64,000 bases of DNA from a virus (lineage: Duplodnaviria; Caudoviricetes): positions 2,054 to 66,053 of the IMG/VR virus record IMGVR_UViG_3300021387_001390. One strand, 5' to 3'. A program made the position numbers and the translations under genes. This document shows positions 14,612 to 23,720 of this stretch, piece by piece. Below the pieces are notes generated by a model, which made no database searches, was not told the origin of the DNA, and was given only the letters and a program-made list of their open reading frames with translations. How positions within the stretch are numbered: position 1 is the stretch's first letter; each line of letters begins with the position of its first letter.

Positions 14612-16102
14612 TCATTGTAACTTAACATAGTTATTTGAAATCCATCCCTTTGGAGTCAGGTACCATCCGGAAGAAGATTGGCGTAAAATTTCTACAGCAT
14701 CTCCTTTTAAGTATATTCCAAGCACCTTTCCTTTTGTTGAATCTAAACTGCGGATGTTCAGTTTATTTGCTGTAATGATACCTAAAGTATTACTTTTTAT
14801 ATAATCTGCAGATACAAATCTTTCGTCACCGATCTTATACCATCCATCCGCTACAGCAAGAACATCAACAACAGATCCGTTTAGGAGTCTGTCTACTATG
14901 GCGCCGTTTTTCACAGAGTTCCTTACATTAAGACGAGAGCCTGAAGTCTTAACTCTGGTTATGATGTTATGACCTATTACAGGATTCACCTTATCCACAT
15001 CCTTATAAATAATATCAAGGTCAATATTTCCATCGTATCCATTCACCCTTCCGCAAGAGGTATACTGCCAACCAATAATATTACTTAATGGCTTTTTCCC
15101 TTGGTCCGGTTCATGCTGAAATGACATTACAGTCTTTCCCAGATTATATCTTGCTATCCATAGGTTTTTACACTTAAGATTGTTGGCCCATGGTTTTATA
15201 TACTTATTATAAAATGCAAGACCGGTATACAGAATGAATGGAAGACCGGCGGATTCGATTACTTCCTGATAAGCGTTGATCATTTCTATTAGCTTTTCAC
15301 CCAGGTTTCTCTGTACAGAATCTTCTATATCAAGGCATACTGCAGTACGTCGTCCTCCTAAAGTCTTAAGTACAATCTGAGCATCTTTTACTGCTTTATC
15401 AACAGTAGCAGCGTATGAATAATTATACACAGCAAGTACCGGAATCCCTGCAGATGTAAACCCTGAATAATGCTTTTCAAACATCGTATCCGGTTGTAAA
15501 TCCTTACGTATTATCTTAATAATGGCAAATTCAACTCCGGATTCTTTTAACTTATTATAGTCAACCTTTACCTGAGCAGCAGACACATCCACTCCTTTAT
15601 ACAGATACGGCTTTGTAATAGGAGAGGAGAGTGCAAGTTCATATTTGGGGCGGCCATAGCCAACAATACCGCTCTTACGTGTACGTCTCATTACCATGCC
15701 GCCATTACGATTATTGCTATCAGAAGTATTACCCTCTATCGCAACAATACTTCCATCAGGATTTACTTTTTCAACGATACCAATATGATCTGTATATCTT
15801 ACAGAACTACCATACTTATAGAAAACACAATCCCCAATTTGGGGAGTAGTGTACCATTGGCCTTTTGATTTAAACCACTCTGCAGCTGTCTGACAGAGAG
15901 CGGTTTTCTTTCCATCATAGAAAAGATTGGAAGCATTGGCCTCTTTGAATATTGCCCAAATAAAAACACAGCACCAAGGATACTGGCTTCCTGAAACCGG
16001 ATGCCCATAGTACATAGTGTTGAACATTACATTATTGTCGTAGTTCTCCACTGTTCCAATGTAACCTCGGGCAATTTGCAGAACTTTTTCTCTATCGGTC
16101 AT
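14612..16102 (-). CDS. Endolysin: CHAP + GH25 muramidase + two SH3b-like domains
   Basis: PWCCVF...HIGIVEKV...IEGNT; KGVDVS...CLDIE...WIARY...WQYTS...DLD; RLNVR and KLNIR repeats. Confidence 0.9.
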   Translation of the reverse strand: MTDREKVLQIARGYIGTVENYDNNVMFNTMYYGHPVSGSQYPWCCVFIWAIFKEANASNLFYDGKKTALCQTAAEWFKSKGQWYTTPQIGDCVFYKYGSSVRYTDHIGIVEKVNPDGSIVAIEGNTSDSNNRNGGMVMRRTRKSGIVGYGRPKYELALSSPITKPYLYKGVDVSAAQVKVDYNKLKESGVEFAIIKIIRKDLQPDTMFEKHYSGFTSAGIPVLAVYNYSYAATVDKAVKDAQIVLKTLGGRRTAVCLDIEDSVQRNLGEKLIEMINAYQEVIESAGLPFILYTGLAFYNKYIKPWANNLKCKNLWIARYNLGKTVMSFQHEPDQGKKPLSNIIGWQYTSCGRVNGYDGNIDLDIIYKDVDKVNPVIGHNIITRVKTSGSRLNVRNSVKNGAIVDRLLNGSVVDVLAVADGWYKIGDERFVSADYIKSNTLGIITANKLNIRSLDSTKGKVLGIYLKGDAVEILRQSSSGWYLTPKGWISNNYVKLQ

Positions 16103-16793
16103 CTTTTAGCCCTCCATACTGATTCTTCATCCTAGGTAACGTTATTGCATCATTTATTGACATCCCTTTTCGCAATCTTTTATCTACACACTTTCTAGAT
16201 AATGAACATTTACTCAGAACCATTATTTCACTAAGAGTGTATTTTCCCCCATTCCAATCATAATAATTTACAGTTGAAGTATTATTCGCTTGATCTAACA
16301 TAGTTACAAAACGACAATTAGTTGAACAATAAGGACCATTATTATCTTTTCTATCTAAGGTACAAAAACCTCTTGGAGCATTTTCATCATACCCATTTTC
16401 ATATGCCCATTTCTTAAACATCGAATAATCATGCCATTCGGGGCAAACATAAATACCTCTTCCTCCATAAATTGAATATTCTTTTGTATTAGTATTTTCG
16501 CAACGTGCTTTCATATTGGCCCATATTCCATAAAGCCTATCTCTTCTACCACCATGAGTAGTAAATATTTTTTTAGCGTTCTTCCTTCTTTGTTCTATAG
16601 CATAACAACCACATGATTGAGTTGGGTTTCTTTTAGTTGTCAATCTTTCTTGTTTTATTTCTTTAATATTCCCGCAATCACATTTACATTCCCATATTCT
16701 AATATAATTTCCCTGATTATTTCTTACGCCCTCTAATTCTTTTATTACTGTGAGGCGTCCAAACCGCTTGCCTGTTAAATCAATTTTTGTCAT
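16092..16793 (-). CDS. Free-standing HNH-type homing endonuclease
   Basis: DLTGKRFGRLTVI, CKCDCG, SCGC, RLYGIW..MK.RC, GGRGIYVC.EW, TLDRKDNNGPY...NCR. Confidence 0.85.
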   Translation of the reverse strand: MTKIDLTGKRFGRLTVIKELEGVRNNQGNYIRIWECKCDCGNIKEIKQERLTTKRNPTQSCGCYAIEQRRKNAKKIFTTHGGRRDRLYGIWANMKARCENTNTKEYSIYGGRGIYVCPEWHDYSMFKKWAYENGYDENAPRGFCTLDRKDNNGPYCSTNCRFVTMLDQANNTSTVNYYDWNGGKYTLSEIMVLSKCSLSRKCVDKRLRKGMSINDAITLPRMKNQYGGLKDDR

Positions 16794-16808
16794 ATGGCTA
16801 CCTTTCTA

Positions 16809-17180
16809 TCATCCGACAGCATCTTCAGAATTGTTTTCAAGTTCATATTCAAGTTTCTTCATAGCAGTTTCGTATACTATTCCGTTTGCTGAATTCTCCT
16901 TTGTGCTCTTAACATAATATCCGCATACTGATATGCACTCAGCCACTACGGCTGTGATCAACAATGGGAGAGCAGACAGGTCAGCAAAGATTGTCATCGC
17001 TACCAAAGAATAAAGTTCAATAATGGTACAGTTAGCAATCATGTAAGCCAGCACCTTTTTTCCTGTAGTCACTTCTTTCTTGGGCCTGTCATTCTTGTGC
17101 CTGATTTCATACAGTTCTTGTCTCTGTTTGATTCTTTCTGCATATCTTTCAGCTTTTTCTTTCTTATCCTTGTAGTCCAT
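16809..17180 (-). CDS. Putative holin-like membrane protein
   Basis: Two TM segments, basic N-terminus, upstream of the lysin. Confidence 0.55.
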   Translation of the reverse strand: MDYKDKKEKAERYAERIKQRQELYEIRHKNDRPKKEVTTGKKVLAYMIANCTIIELYSLVAMTIFADLSALPLLITAVVAECISVCGYYVKSTKENSANGIVYETAMKKLEYELENNSEDAVG

Positions 17181-17241
17181 AATCCCTCCTTTTAGTCATA
17201 AAAAGAGACTGCCCACTTTTAAGTGAACAGCCTCTTTATTG

Positions 17242-17673
17242 TTATCGATCCATATGATCAAGAGCGTTTCTAATAGCTTCACGTTCTCTTTCATTCTTAG
17301 CTGTGCTCATAAGGCGCTGCAGCTCTTCCTTGGTGTCTCCGGAATAACCGTCGTTTCTTGAATATCCACCAGCTGACATGTATCTGCCTCTTGAATCTCT
17401 TTGCGCATTTGAGCCTCTTCCTCTAGCATAGGAATTCCCACCTTGGCCCATGCCCATATCATCGTACATGTATATAGGCATTCTGCCGTAATATCCTTGG
17501 GAGTATCCGTCCTCAGGGTATTCCTGATCCATCGCCTTAATAGTTTTAATGTCCTTCAGAATATCTATTGAAACATCAAGCGTATCAAGAGCGTTAGGAG
17601 TTAATTCTTTCTGCTCAGCAATATGCTCAAGCTCATCGCACAGCATGTCTTCAATCTTGTCGTATACTTTCAT
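17242..17673 (-). CDS. Conserved hypothetical protein (Gly/Arg/Tyr-rich low-complexity middle)
   Basis: 143 aa, AAAGGAG SD; YARGRGSNAQRDSRGRY motif. Confidence 0.8.
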   Translation of the reverse strand: MKVYDKIEDMLCDELEHIAEQKELTPNALDTLDVSIDILKDIKTIKAMDQEYPEDGYSQGYYGRMPIYMYDDMGMGQGGNSYARGRGSNAQRDSRGRYMSAGGYSRNDGYSGDTKEELQRLMSTAKNEREREAIRNALDHMDR

Positions 17674-17684
17674 GTGTGCTCCTT

Positions 17685-18140
17685 TCAGTTGTCAAAAAGA
17701 ATGTTTGCATTCTGTACAGTAATTGGAATAGTACTTGTATTCCTTACTGATACGGAAGAACATCCACACAAAAATGGAACAGTTACGATCAAGTCCGCGC
17801 CTACATTATCAAATTGCTCTACTGCAGCCGGAACCGTAATCATAAGGCTTGAAGGATCCTCCTCACCATCTATAAAGACTGCAAGTGAAATTCCTTCAGG
17901 TGGAATAGTTTCTCCTGTAGGAACAGCTATATTGGCATGAAATGATACCTCATAGTTACTGTTCCTTCTCCATCCCTGCATGATATTCTGACGGAAGAAC
18001 CTATTGGCAAGTCGGAAAATCCCTGACCCGTCTCTGTGATAAACCAAACCACAGCGGCATGGAACGGGGGATTCTGTGAAAATCACGCTACCGTTTACTG
18101 GAACGGTCTGAGCCGCATTGCTCGAAAACTCAGCTGCCAT
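17685..18140 (-). CDS. Conserved hypothetical beta-sandwich protein (BclA C-terminal-like, tentative)
   Basis: 151 aa, beta-rich, with CRCG and CGCS motifs. Confidence 0.7.
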   Translation of the reverse strand: MAAEFSSNAAQTVPVNGSVIFTESPVPCRCGLVYHRDGSGIFRLANRFFRQNIMQGWRRNSNYEVSFHANIAVPTGETIPPEGISLAVFIDGEEDPSSLMITVPAAVEQFDNVGADLIVTVPFLCGCSSVSVRNTSTIPITVQNANILFDN

Positions 18141-18155
18141 AGTTTCACCCCCTTA

Positions 18156-19874
18156 TCAGAAGTTACCGCATCCACACCCAGCGTTCTGGCTGCATGTGAA
18201 AATAGGCTGATTTCCGAATACCGGTTGAGAAGGGATAGGGCAGCTTCTCAATTCTGCAACGAGGCTATTCAGCTGTGTTGCATTGTTCTGTCTGAGTTCA
18301 GCAGTCTGAGCAACCTGAGAAGCTGCAAGGTTAGCCATGTTAAGCTGATTCTGAAGAGCAACATTCTCTCTTTCAGCCTGAGCAAGCTGATTCTTAACTC
18401 CGTCAAGCTCAAGAGCACATAACTTGTCGAGAATAAGCTGACTGTTACGGTTCTGATTTTCGATGAGATCGCGAGTATTGTTAGCATCAGCAAAGCGTGT
18501 AGCGTTGCCTTCGTTCTGAATAATACCCTGAGTCTGTACTGTTGCGAGTCTGTTATCGCAGCAGCATTGTGCAAGCTGACTCTGAACACCGTTGAAGCCC
18601 TGATTCATTGCTGTCTGAGCATTAAATGCTTGTTGCATATTTGCCATCTGTCTAGCATTGTTTGCAACCTCAGCCTGTGAGAAGCCTGAAGTTACTGCAG
18701 CTGTAACTGCGTTTCCGGTCTGACTAATGTTCTGATTAATGCCTGCTGCAGCCTGACAAAGTCCCTGATTGATACCAGCGATACCAAGCTGTACATCACC
18801 AAAACCACTTGTGACAGCGTTTTGGATTCCATTGATGGTAGTATTTGTCATCTGATCTCTAAAGCCATCATGGATCTGATTTGACTGATTCATCCATGGG
18901 TACAGAAGTGCACCGTCAGCTGCTGCTGCGCCAATGCCTCCCATTCCTCCCCATCCACCAAATCCGTTTCCCCATCCGCCAAAAGCGAAGAGAAGGATAA
19001 GGATGAGCCCATTTTGTTACCGTATAAGCTTTTTGTCTTATACATCTAGTACTTGATTAATTTGTACTAGTTCAGCATATCTTTTCAATCACACAACGTG
19101 CTTCCAAGTCTTGTTTTGCTTGACGCCTTTTACAGCACCAATTGAAACATTAAGAATCTTAGCAAGCTCTGTTGGCCCAATTTCAGGATGATTTCTAATG
19201 AATCTTACTTTTTCATCATTAAGCTGCGCCCACGAACACTTCTCGCCAAACACGTTAAGCTCATGTTCTAAAGCATGCTTCCGGTTTTCCATATTAGTAG
19301 TCCATTCAAGGTTAGAAGCATCATTATTCAGCTTATTGCCATCTATATGGTTAACCTGTTCTTTGTTATAAGGGTTAGGAACATAAAGCTCAGCAACCAA
19401 TCTATGCACGAATCTAAATTTGCCAGCAATGTTTACTCTTAAGTACCCTTTACTGTTTGGCCTTGGTTTAACTTCACGTTTCCATCTCTTGTTAATAACT
19501 CTACCTTCGCGAGTTATTTCATAATCATCCATTGTAAATTTATCAAATCCCATTTAGACACATCCTAAGCATAATGGTTAATTTGTAACTGTAATCAATA
19601 TACATCTTGTGTTGAGATATGACAAGTGTGTGATTGTCGCGGCCTCGTGGGAGTATTATATCTTTTCAACTCCTATGCGTTGCCCCTGACTAGACTTAGT
19701 CTAGCCTTCGGTTCGGATTAGCATCTCAGCCTTCCCGCTTAATTCCGCGATTTTACATTGGCAAGCTATTCACCAATCAGCTCCGTAGCCAAAACCGCCA
19801 CCAAATCCGCCGTAACCACCTGCTGCGTAAGCCGGAGCTACTGGCATTACCATTCCGGTTTGATTATCTGTCAT
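18156..19874 (-). CDS. Gly/Gln/Cys-rich protein, 318 aa after splicing: join(19874-19772, 19009-18156)
   Basis: Exon 1 MTDNQTGMVMPVAPAYAAGGYGGFGGGFGYGADW + T|GG gives in-frame WLILILLFAFGGWGNG..., which runs into ORF 18156..18944; GGAG SD before 19874. Confidence 0.85.
19010..19771 (-). mobile_element. Group I intron (762 nt) with an HNH ORF
   Basis: 5' exon ends in U, P1 ATTGGT/GCCAAT, P3 TCGCGG/CCGCGA, P7 GCATA/TATGC, terminal G; removal restores the frame. Confidence 0.88.
19089..19553 (-). CDS. Intron-encoded HNH homing endonuclease
   Basis: GYLRV...VHRLVAE...VNHIDGNKLNNDASNLEW. Confidence 0.9.
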   Translation of the reverse strand: MGFDKFTMDDYEITREGRVINKRWKREVKPRPNSKGYLRVNIAGKFRFVHRLVAELYVPNPYNKEQVNHIDGNKLNNDASNLEWTTNMENRKHALEHELNVFGEKCSWAQLNDEKVRFIRNHPEIGPTELAKILNVSIGAVKGVKQNKTWKHVV

Positions 19875-20014
19875 GGTAAGTATTTCTCCTTTCATGAACT
19901 TTTATGTTTCATGCGCACTGAAACCGTTGAAAAGTCCCACAAAAAGGTTTATACTTAACTTGGTTAGCGGATAAGTACAAACCTTATTCGTGAGAGGGCA
20001 CCAGTAAATTGCGG

Positions 20015-20335
20015 TTACTGATGCTCTTTTATATTGTTGTTCATCAGGCCTTGTATCTGATTAACCTGATTTTCATACTGCTGAACATTGGTTGGCATCC
20101 TGCCTTGCTGCATAAGGTACTGACCAACTTGTTCATAGTTACTTCCCATACTTTTAATTTCTTTTGCCTGCTGATCTGTTATCATTCCATGTTGCTGAAG
20201 AAAAGATGCAAGCTTATCAGGATTCTGCTTTATCTGTTGATACTGTTGAATAACATCCATAGCTCTTTGCATTGGAGCAGGGATCATATTCTTCATCATT
20301 CCTGACATTGGTCCAAAAAAAGAATTCATTGTCAA
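20015..20335 (-). CDS. Gln/Met-rich hypothetical protein
   Basis: 106 aa, coupled to the upstream gene. Confidence 0.75.
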   Translation of the reverse strand: MTMNSFFGPMSGMMKNMIPAPMQRAMDVIQQYQQIKQNPDKLASFLQQHGMITDQQAKEIKSMGSNYEQVGQYLMQQGRMPTNVQQYENQVNQIQGLMNNNIKEHQ

Positions 20336-20769
20336 TCCTCACTAGTTACTACTCGGCGTTTTGTCTTAGTAGGTTTGAATGATATCTCAGATACCCTTCT
20401 TTCTACTTCTTTTTGAACTATATCTGTGATCAGATTTGAAATTTCATCTTTGCGGATATAGCTTGAAAGGTCTATCTTGTTTTCCTGATTATCACTTTCA
20501 TCAACAAGCCTCTTTTTGATGAACTTTGTTTTGCCTAACTGATCGACAGACTTCATATAGAGATAATCATCGTTTTGGTTCATCAGGAATATACTCTGTC
20601 CCGCATTTAGTGGAAATTTTATAGCTTCATCTTCACTCTGCACCCATTCAAGGATCTGAGAGGGCATACCTTGTACAGGCTGTTGTCCTACCTGAACCGG
20701 CTGTTGATATTGTGGGTAAGCGGGATAGTTCTGATAATACTGTGGATAAATCTGTTGACCGGTTATCAT
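20332..20769 (-). CDS. Conserved hypothetical protein with a Pro/Gln/Tyr-rich N-terminus
   Basis: WVQSEDEA...LMN...YMKSVDQLG motif. Confidence 0.8.
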   Translation of the reverse strand: MITGQQIYPQYYQNYPAYPQYQQPVQVGQQPVQGMPSQILEWVQSEDEAIKFPLNAGQSIFLMNQNDDYLYMKSVDQLGKTKFIKKRLVDESDNQENKIDLSSYIRKDEISNLITDIVQKEVERRVSEISFKPTKTKRRVVTSED

Positions 20770-21158
20770 GAATCATGCTCCTTTTTATAGAAGTATTGAG
20801 GAACTTCATCGCAAGAAGGCCAACTGTCATACACTGTCCCGGATTTAACACAAATTACATGCGTTCCCGTTCCGAGAATATACGTGCCGTAAGGGTGATC
20901 ATGTGCGAAGTCCCCTACGGTGTAGCATTCTTCCGGACAATTATTATCTATGACATGTTTTGAAAAGCCCTGTGAACGAAGATATGAGTCCATTACGGCA
21001 TTGGAACTAGGCATATCAGCCATCAGATACCCTTGCACAGCTAAATCAATGTATGCAGCATTCCATGATAAATCCAATGCTTTTGATATAGCCCTTACTG
21101 TGCAATCCCCAACACCATTACGATGACGAGGATTGGGATTGTAGTACTTGAATGACAT
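20766..21158 (-). CDS. Conserved hypothetical protein, possible papain-like Cys-His-Asp enzyme
   Basis: YYNPNP...GDCTVRAIS...GTHVICV...YDSW. Confidence 0.75.
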   Translation of the reverse strand: MSFKYYNPNPRHRNGVGDCTVRAISKALDLSWNAAYIDLAVQGYLMADMPSSNAVMDSYLRSQGFSKHVIDNNCPEECYTVGDFAHDHPYGTYILGTGTHVICVKSGTVYDSWPSCDEVPQYFYKKEHDS

Positions 21159-21263
21159 AGTTAATTTCCTCTTGTGTTTACTATTGTAATATCCAAGAGG
21201 TCATATAAAAATGTTATAAAAATGTGTTTTTAGATTTAAAAACGTTGGAAGAAAGTGTGATTA

Positions 21264-21488
21264 TTACCTATTCAGGTAAGCTTTTATGATGGATTCACAT
21301 CCATAAGAAATATTTTTGACCTGCCAAACTGACATCTTGTGTTTCTCGGCTACTTCCTCAAAGGTCATCCCATCTATAAAATGGTCTTTGACGATTTCTC
21401 TGTTCCTAAGTGATTTATAACCAACAACACAATTTTCGATAGCTTCGAGTAGTTCTTCTTTGTTTCCTTCTAACTTATGTTTTATCAT
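21264..21488 (-). CDS. Small sigma70 region-4-like HTH regulator
   Basis: DGMTFEEVAEKHKMSVWQVKNI. Confidence 0.7.
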   Translation of the reverse strand: MIKHKLEGNKEELLEAIENCVVGYKSLRNREIVKDHFIDGMTFEEVAEKHKMSVWQVKNISYGCESIIKAYLNR

Positions 21489-21575
21489 TGTAACCCACCT
21501 TTTTCTATTGAATATTTATTAAGTATGAATTATACTTAATTCTGTTGCGGTCAGTTTCAATAAAAAAAGCTGATC

Positions 21576-21616
21576 AAAAAAGGCGCATTGACTAAGGATT
21601 GATGCGCCTTTTTTGA
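21576..21616. terminator. Bidirectional terminator-like hairpin
   Basis: AAAAAAGGCGCAT...ATGCGCCTTTTTT. Confidence 0.6.
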
Positions 21617-21954
21617 TTACAAAAAAAGAACAGCCAAAAAGAAGGATGAGGCAGCCACGAGGGGTGACTGCCTCACTAAATGGTTTGAGGGGAGGAATAA
21701 GAATAATTTATTCCTGTATTGGTATACTATCATTTTTCTTATAATTATACAATCCTTTTTTGAAGAACATTTTAGAAAGTTGAAACACCCGTCTTTTTAT
21801 CATTCTCCTTTTAATCATACGGATGTTAACCCTCTTAAACACGCCTTTCTGAATGTGTCAGCATGAGCTGGCAGTGATTACTTCATGGCCATCAGGCAAG
21901 TGCACTTGCCTAACTCCAAGGGCATGTTTTTTATTCGTAAAATTCTTCTTAACA

Positions 21955-22064
21955 AATGCGGGTAAGGATTTGCACCTTACATAATATCAACCCACTTGTA
22001 CTCATCTGTCGCCATTTATTGATATTTTTACCACATAAGCGTCTACCTATTCCGCCACCGCATT
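21955..22064 (-). ncRNA. 110-nt tRNA-Leu-like RNA with an aberrant anticodon/variable region
   Basis: AATGCGG/CCGCATT ends, Leu-type D arm TGGCGGAATAGGTAGACGC, T arm GTAAGG-TGCAAAT-CCTTAC; the middle forms an AATATCAA/TTGATATT stem. Confidence 0.55.
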
Positions 22065-22123
22065 TATTACGTTAAACTATAACTATTGATAAAAACCAAT
22101 TCTTCATAAATCACCTATCATCA

Positions 22124-22201
22124 TTAGTAACTAATTGCAATAGCTATAACAATAATAGCTATGGTATAAACGATTAGAAATGTGATTGCTAGTTTTCTCA
22201 T
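22124..22201 (-). CDS. 25-aa hydrophobic micropeptide (MRKLAITFLIVYTIAIIVIAIAISY), copy 1
   Basis: Paralogue of 25020-25094; single TM helix; weak SD. Confidence 0.55.
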   Translation of the reverse strand: MRKLAITFLIVYTIAIIVIAIAISY

Positions 22202-22212
22202 GATAAACACAA

Positions 22213-22683
22213 TTACTCAACAAAGAATGTAACATTAGCCGCTAATACACTATTTCCTACTGATGAAATAGCTGCTGATGTTATCACCTTGATGTTTCCG
22301 TTAGCGGACACTAGCAGTACGTAACTAATGCTAGTAGGATTTTCATACTGGTCTAAAATAAAGCCACTTTGCGTAACTTCTGCATTTGCTCCTACAACTG
22401 GTCTGTAACCACTAGGTAAAGTGCCTATTAAAACCTGTGAATTTGCTGTATCAATAGATACATTTCCAAAGATATTCAAATTAACAACTTTGCCATATTT
22501 TTTTAATGTACTGCGTGTTCTAAGTACACTATCAGTTGTCGTTTCACTCCATGTTACTGTACCGTTCTTAACACTTAACTCATCCGTCAACTCCTGAACC
22601 TTAGCTTCAATGGTATCTGCATTGTCATAGCCAGCTACCATCTTTTTGGTATGGGTTATTTTGTCCCATATATATCTAGCCAT
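22213..22683 (-). CDS. Short tail-fibre/receptor-binding-like protein
   Basis: KKYGKVVNLNI...IGTLPSGYRP motif typical of phage fibre C-terminal domains. Confidence 0.55.
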   Translation of the reverse strand: MARYIWDKITHTKKMVAGYDNADTIEAKVQELTDELSVKNGTVTWSETTTDSVLRTRSTLKKYGKVVNLNIFGNVSIDTANSQVLIGTLPSGYRPVVGANAEVTQSGFILDQYENPTSISYVLLVSANGNIKVITSAAISSVGNSVLAANVTFFVE

Positions 22684-22701
22684 CTTTTTACCTCCTCCTA
22701 T

Positions 22702-23433
22702 TTATTTGTCATTCGCATTAGCCATCCTGCCTTCACTGATACCAAAGGTATTGTAGTGATTAAGGAGAGTCTGAGAATCCGTTCCCAAGGCTTTCTTTAC
22801 GTCAGGATACTTGTTTGCGTAGAAGACTGCGTCAAATACTTTTCCATTTGATGCAATCAGTTTTGTTGTTGACAGTTTCCCGTTCTTTACATACTTGTTT
22901 GCGTATTCAACACCATACGCATCTGCATCAGCTTCTACGAACTGTGCGTAATAACCACCAAGGTCATTTGAATAACTGATGTAGTTTGATTGGTTCGCAA
23001 GAACAGCTCTGCCATAATCTGTATCATCATTCATATGCTCAGCCTGATAAGTATGTCTTACCTCATGAGCAATGATCTTCACGATATGATACTCAACCGT
23101 TTCTCCGGCGAGGGTAGCATCCACGTCATCATCAAATGTGCTCATGTTGACACATATCTGATTAATCCATGGCATGTTGTTATAGGCTGCAGCAGCTCCG
23201 CCAGGCCAACGATAACAGCTTACGTCCGGAATGCTCTTAAGTCCCAAACTCTTTGATACTTGAGCTACCAATGCTTTTATCGTATCTTCCTGATCCTCGG
23301 CGCTAAGTTCATGCCACCCATGTCCACTCTTCAGCACAGATAAATTAGACTTCGCACATGATGTAATACTGGCAGAAGAGAAGAGAGTAGCTATCATGAT
23401 TACTGATAACAGATATCTAAACCTTTTCTTCAT
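22702..23433 (-). CDS. Secreted/lipoprotein-like HExxH metallopeptidase with a C-terminal cell-wall-type repeat
   Basis: Signal-like N-terminus, IAHEVRH...E, FDAVFYANKYPDVKKALG...HYNTFGISEGR. Confidence 0.65.
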   Translation of the reverse strand: MKKRFRYLLSVIMIATLFSSASITSCAKSNLSVLKSGHGWHELSAEDQEDTIKALVAQVSKSLGLKSIPDVSCYRWPGGAAAAYNNMPWINQICVNMSTFDDDVDATLAGETVEYHIVKIIAHEVRHTYQAEHMNDDTDYGRAVLANQSNYISYSNDLGGYYAQFVEADADAYGVEYANKYVKNGKLSTTKLIASNGKVFDAVFYANKYPDVKKALGTDSQTLLNHYNTFGISEGRMANANDK

Positions 23434-23720
23434 ACTATTTTCTCCAATAGAAAAGAGCAGTCATAAAGACTGCCCTTAACCAAATGATTCTTTAAGAAGT
23501 AGTTATTTACTTCTTAGACTACTGTTACTAAAAAACTTCGTCTCACTCTGAAACGTATAAAGAGATGAGACGAAGCATTCTGATTCGACCACTAACGCAG
23601 GTCCTCTCGTTGCATTATCACTCACACTTAACGGCATTGAGATACCACAAGACATTCGCGTAGCAGGTTCGTAACTGTTTCTGCCTACCTTTGGCAGATC
23701 AGCTAATTTAATTTAATCAA

